Assembly (NCBI GenBank): GCA_937891875.1
Contig: CALATR010000217.1
Coordinates: 1 to 39,530, forward strand
From: an uncultured Pseudomonadota bacterium
Lineage (GTDB): Bacteria > Myxococcota_A > UBA796 > GCA-2862545
Direction of reading: 5' to 3'
DNA length: 39,530 nt
Within the stretch, counting starts at the first letter, position 1; every line of letters starts with the position of its first letter. A model generated the notes under the pieces. That model was not told where the DNA came from, did not search any database, and saw nothing but the letters and a program-made list of their open reading frames with translations. Positions 36,206-39,530 of the stretch are shown here, piece by piece. The translations under genes were made by a program, and so were the position numbers.

Positions 36206-37888
36206 CTAGAACGCGACGCCGACCGACAGGCCCTGCGCCACGCCCAGCTGGGTCGGCGTGCCGGGGCCCATGAGGGGCACCGCCCGCACGTCGTAGCGGA
36301 GCTGGGCGGAGACGTCGCCCTTGCCGACCGGGAGCATCCACTCGGCGCGCAGGCCGGGCATCACCGTGTACCAGAGCTCCTTGCGCTCCTGGCACTGGAA
36401 GGCGTCGTCGACGCAGGTGCCCTGGCGGAACATCACGCCCGCCTCGAGCTCCGGGCCGATCAGCAGGTCATCGCGCAGCTGGTAGGCGACCGAGACACCG
36501 GCGCTGGGCATGACGCCAACGAGGTCGTACTGGTCGATGTCGCTCCAGCGAGCCGCGAGGTCCCGCGTGGTGGCGCCGTAGCTGGAACGCAGGTGGAAAC
36601 CGGGCTTCCACTCGCCTGCCCACTTGGGGCGCACGCCGAGCTCCAGCTCGCCGGCCCCGATGGGCAGCGACTCGGCGTTGAGCGTCGCGACCGCGCCGAC
36701 GTGCAGCGAGACCGTGGTCTCGAGTGGCTGCAGATCCTCGATCTGCAGGTGGTCGCCGGCCTTGAGGCGGACGTTCTCCGCATAGACCGTGCGCCCGTCG
36801 GTGGTCAGGATCTCGAGCCGGTGCTTGCCGGGCTCGATGGCCACGACGCTGGGCAGGCTGCCCCGCGCCTGACCGTCAACCAGCAGCCGGGCGGTGACGA
36901 GGATGTCGTCGTACCCGGAGATGAGCGCGCGCTCGGCACGCGTCCGCTGGCCAGGGTCCCCCGCCAGGTAGATCGCTTCCCGCCCGCTGACCCGGTACTC
37001 CGCCCGGGGCACCTGCAGGCCGCCAGTGTGGCGGACGGTGCGGTCCTGGGCGTAGTCGTGGGCCTCGGTCACATCGACCAGGCCGTTGCCGTCGAGGTCG
37101 GCGGTGCGGCGGTCGGAGCCGAGGGCCTCGAGCAGGTAGTGGGTGTACACGCCGTTCTGGAGGCTCTTGTCCTCCATCGCGGGCTGGTAGTACTGGGCGG
37201 CGTAGAGCCGGGCCTCGGACTCGGTCACTTCGGAGACCGGGTTGGGGGCGGGCGGCTCGCCGCGCAGGCTGGACAGGCGATCCCGGGTGGTGCTGTTCAC
37301 CACCGCGCGGCTGCCGTCGGCCCGGCCGTTGTGGCAGGTGTCCATGATCAGCACCCGGCGGCGGGGCACCAGCTCGGTGAGGGTCTCCTCGAGCCAGGCG
37401 ACCTCGAGACCGCGGTCCTCCGGCGTCGCCAGCTTGGCGTCGCTGGGCAGGAACCACAGGCGGGTGCCGTCGATCGGGTCGAGCGTCAGGGTGCCGTGGC
37501 CGGACAGGTAGAGCAGGAAGGTGTCGTCCCGCTGCAGGCCCGCGGTGATCTCCTTCAGCTTCTTCACGATGGCGTCGCGGCTGGTTGCGTCCTTGCCGGT
37601 CAGCACGTGCACTTCGTCGTAGTCGCCGGTGACCGGATCGCGCAGGGCGGCGGCCACGTCGCGGGCGTCCTTGCCAGCGAAGCGCAGGGTCTCGAGCTCG
37701 GGATCGGCGTAGGTGTCCACGCCGATGAGCAGGGCGACGCGCTTGGCGCCGTACACCTGATCGGCGCTGCCGGTGTCCTTGACGGTCACCGTGCCGGCGA
37801 GGGCGGGCACCGCGCACAGGGCGAGGCCCGCGACCAGTCCGGCAGCGAGGGTCTTGTGGGTTGCAAGCAGGGTCAACAGCGGCTTCAT
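36206..37888 (-). CDS. Caspase-fold (peptidase C14, orthocaspase-like) protein with a PEGA-like domain and a C-terminal beta-barrel-like region
   Basis: Track ORF 36206..38416 trimmed to ATG 37888, which overlaps the upstream stop (ATGA). Signal peptide MKPLLTLLATHKTLAAGLVAGLALCAVPALA. RVALLIGVDTY, catalytic His LYLSGHG and Cys LIMDTCHNG. DLDGNGLVDVTE. PEGA-like LLVDGQARGSLPSVVAIEPGKHRLEI. The protein ends ...GLSVGVAF. Confidence 0.85.
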   Translation of the reverse strand: MKPLLTLLATHKTLAAGLVAGLALCAVPALAGTVTVKDTGSADQVYGAKRVALLIGVDTYADPELETLRFAGKDARDVAAALRDPVTGDYDEVHVLTGKDATSRDAIVKKLKEITAGLQRDDTFLLYLSGHGTLTLDPIDGTRLWFLPSDAKLATPEDRGLEVAWLEETLTELVPRRRVLIMDTCHNGRADGSRAVVNSTTRDRLSSLRGEPPAPNPVSEVTESEARLYAAQYYQPAMEDKSLQNGVYTHYLLEALGSDRRTADLDGNGLVDVTEAHDYAQDRTVRHTGGLQVPRAEYRVSGREAIYLAGDPGQRTRAERALISGYDDILVTARLLVDGQARGSLPSVVAIEPGKHRLEILTTDGRTVYAENVRLKAGDHLQIEDLQPLETTVSLHVGAVATLNAESLPIGAGELELGVRPKWAGEWKPGFHLRSSYGATTRDLAARWSDIDQYDLVGVMPSAGVSVAYQLRDDLLIGPELEAGVMFRQGTCVDDAFQCQERKELWYTVMPGLRAEWMLPVGKGDVSAQLRYDVRAVPLMGPGTPTQLGVAQGLSVGVAF

Positions 37889-38643
37889 CGCACGGCCTCC
37901 ACCTGCTCTGCAGCGCAACGTCCGCCCAGCTCCCAGGCCGCCGCGCACACTGCCTCGGCCGTGGGCTCGACGGCGAGACCGTCGGCCACGTCGGTGGCGG
38001 TCAGCGGGGCATCGGTGCGGATGACGGCGAACACGGCGGACTCCTCTCCAGCTTCCAAGGCATACCCGACCAGATCGGCACCTGTCTTGAGATCCGCGGT
38101 GCCGGCCGTCACTTCCTGTGTGTGCAGGAGCTGGGCGCGGTCGCCGTCCACCCGGACGAGGGAGACGTGACCGTCGGCGTAGGCGTCGATCCGGAAGAGC
38201 AGGGTGTCCCCCGGCTCGTAGGTGCGACCGCGCTGGAAGCGGTCGGTGCCGGCGGTGGTCTGCACCGCCATGGACAGGTCTACCCCGGGGCCGACTCCGA
38301 CGTCCCCGCGGGGGGTGAAGTCCTCGGGGTTGCCGATGCCGTCGTCCGCGGGCACGACCATGAATGCGACCAGCACGGCGGCGGCGATGGCGACCAGCGG
38401 GCCAGCGACGATCCACCAGCGACCGGGCTTGTTGGCGGGCGCGGGCACGGGCTCCGGGGCAGCCTCGACACTCGGAAGTGCCGGGACATCCTCGATGGAC
38501 GGCGGATCCTGGGGCGTGCTCGCGATGAGCGCCAGGATGGAGGCGTCCAGGTCGGGCGGGTCCAGGGGTGGCAGCTCACCGAGCAGGCGGTCGAGCTCGT
38601 CCTCGGAGATCATCGGGCCGGTGCCGACAGTGTCGTCGCTCAT
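37885..38643 (-). CDS. Single-pass membrane protein in the anti-sigma position, with a DUF4384-like periplasmic domain
   Basis: Internal ATG 38643 of track ORF 37885..39258, overlapping the sigma stop (ATGA). TM helix WWIVAGPLVAIAAAVLVAFMVV. Periplasmic YEPGDTLLFRIDAYADGHVSLVRVDGDRAQLL. No HxxxCxxC zinc motif. Confidence 0.55.
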   Translation of the reverse strand: MSDDTVGTGPMISEDELDRLLGELPPLDPPDLDASILALIASTPQDPPSIEDVPALPSVEAAPEPVPAPANKPGRWWIVAGPLVAIAAAVLVAFMVVPADDGIGNPEDFTPRGDVGVGPGVDLSMAVQTTAGTDRFQRGRTYEPGDTLLFRIDAYADGHVSLVRVDGDRAQLLHTQEVTAGTADLKTGADLVGYALEAGEESAVFAVIRTDAPLTATDVADGLAVEPTAEAVCAAAWELGGRCAAEQVEAVR

Positions 38644-39224
38644 GACGCCACCCCCCGCTCGGCCAGGATCTCGCGGAGGCGGGCGCGGGCCCGGGACACC
38701 CGGCGGCGCGCATTGGCCGGGGTGATGTCCAGCGCTTCGGCGAGCTCGTTGTGGTCCAGGCCCTCGACCGCACCCAGCAGGAAGGCCTCCCGCAGGGTCT
38801 CGGGGAGCTCCTGGATGGCGCGCTCGAGGTCGACGCCGGAGAGCGGGTCGCCGCTGGCGCGGGTCGCGGTGCCCTCGGGCCGCCAGAAGGTCTCGCCGCC
38901 CAGCTGCTCGTCCAGCTCGATGGTGTCGATGCGGCGGCGCTCCTTGCGGAAGCGGTCCCGGGCGACATTGGCGGCGATGCGGAAGAGCCACGGCTTGACC
39001 GGCTGGCCTTCCTTGTAGGTGTGGGCGCTGCGCCACACGCGGAGGAACGCTTCCTGGTACAGCTCGGCAGACAGCTCCCGGTCGCCCGTCCGTCGCGCCA
39101 GCCACGACCACACCGGGCCGCGGTAGCGAGCGAACAGGGCGCCGAATGCGTCCTGGTTGCCGGCTTGCACCATGATCATCAGGTCCTCGTCGGACGGCGA
39201 GTCGATTGTGCGCCCTCCAGCCAC
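38640..39224 (-). CDS. ECF-type (group 4) sigma-70 family RNA polymerase sigma factor
   Basis: DEDLMIMVQAGNQDAFGALFARYRGPVWSWL (region 2.1), PWLFRIAANVARDRFRKERR (2.4), LPETLREAFLLGAVEGLDHNELAEALDITPANARRRVSRARARLREIL (region 4). GTG start with AGGGAG upstream. Confidence 0.9.
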   Translation of the reverse strand: MAGGRTIDSPSDEDLMIMVQAGNQDAFGALFARYRGPVWSWLARRTGDRELSAELYQEAFLRVWRSAHTYKEGQPVKPWLFRIAANVARDRFRKERRRIDTIELDEQLGGETFWRPEGTATRASGDPLSGVDLERAIQELPETLREAFLLGAVEGLDHNELAEALDITPANARRRVSRARARLREILAERGVAS

Positions 39225-39278
39225 CCCATACGCTCCCTGGGTCCGCCGTGTGACACACGGACCCGTGTCAATGACCTG

Positions 39279-39530
39279 TCAAGGCCGGAAAAGCAGGCTC
39301 ACTTTCAGAAACACGCTTCGATCCTGCGTCTTCGGCGCACCCTCCAGGCCGGTGCGCTCGATCCAGCCCAGGTGGACCGCGGTGCCCGGGTTCTCGAGCC
39401 AGGTCAGCAGCACGGTCGTCACCAGGCGATCATCGCGCTCGTTGCCCGCGGACCACTCGATCATGCTCCGCAGGCCCAGCTCCTTGGTGAATTGCCAGGC
39501 GGTCCAGTGCCGGATCAGACCCGCCCGGGC
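39279..39530 (-). CDS. 3' end of a gene running off the window (product unknown)
   Basis: The frame of track ORF 39279..39464 stays open to the window edge (...ARAGLIRHWTAWQFTKELGLRSMIEWSAG...). No family recognised. Confidence 0.35.
   Translation of the reverse strand, partial: ARAGLIRHWTAWQFTKELGLRSMIEWSAGNERDDRLVTTVLLTWLENPGTAVHLGWIERTGLEGAPKTQDRSVFLKVSLLFRP

Noticed and set aside
39255-39268. Palindrome acacgg-ac-ccgtgt, plus two TTGACA-like hexamers on the minus strand, in the 54-nt gap upstream of the ECF sigma gene. Considered as a terminator, operator or promoter.
   Set aside because: The stem is only 5-6 bp with a 2-4 nt loop, no matching -10 element lies at a sensible spacing, and no ECF-type GGAAC...CGTC promoter is recognisable. 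The evidence is too weak to call.

Overview
Very GC-rich (about 70% by eye) bacterial chromosomal segment, densely coding on both strands. I support about 40 protein genes and see no rRNA, tRNA, CRISPR array, transposase or integrase. Many long ORFs in the track are antisense shadow ORFs typical of high-GC DNA. In each case I kept the frame that has recognisable catalytic motifs, a signal peptide or lipobox, Shine-Dalgarno (SD)/start geometry or paralogy, and trimmed several N-terminal over-extensions.

Content falls into three groups:
- Housekeeping genes: exonuclease III, signal peptidase I, RluA-type pseudouridine synthase, FabL-like enoyl-ACP reductase, NUDIX hydrolase, class I aminotransferase, Prx5-type peroxiredoxin, ABCB-type exporter.
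- Envelope or secreted proteins: an M4 protease, an LTD/FG-GAP lipoprotein with MopE-like Cys motifs, a Big_2 lipoprotein and several paralogous lipoproteins.
- Signalling genes: histidine kinase, CheY-like receiver, TetR, ArsR, ECF sigma factor, and a PP2C-like/cNMP-binding protein.

The motif repertoire suggests Myxococcota, which is inference only.

Most interesting observations:
1. A translationally coupled ECF sigma / anti-sigma-like / caspase-fold protease operon. The protease appears to carry its own C-terminal outer-membrane beta-barrel, and a large lipoprotein gene follows.
2. A ~435-bp imperfect foldback repeat in the 22.2-22.7 kb intergenic gap, containing heptanucleotide arrays of unequal length (9 versus 3 units).
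3. Two tandem membrane-anchored paralogs separated by a 29-codon ORF that looks like a third copy collapsed by an internal deletion.
4. An ArsR-linked SRPBCC domain fused through a TM helix to a complete family-5 solute-binding protein.
5. A pair of large, GTGA-coupled paralogous proteins of unknown family.
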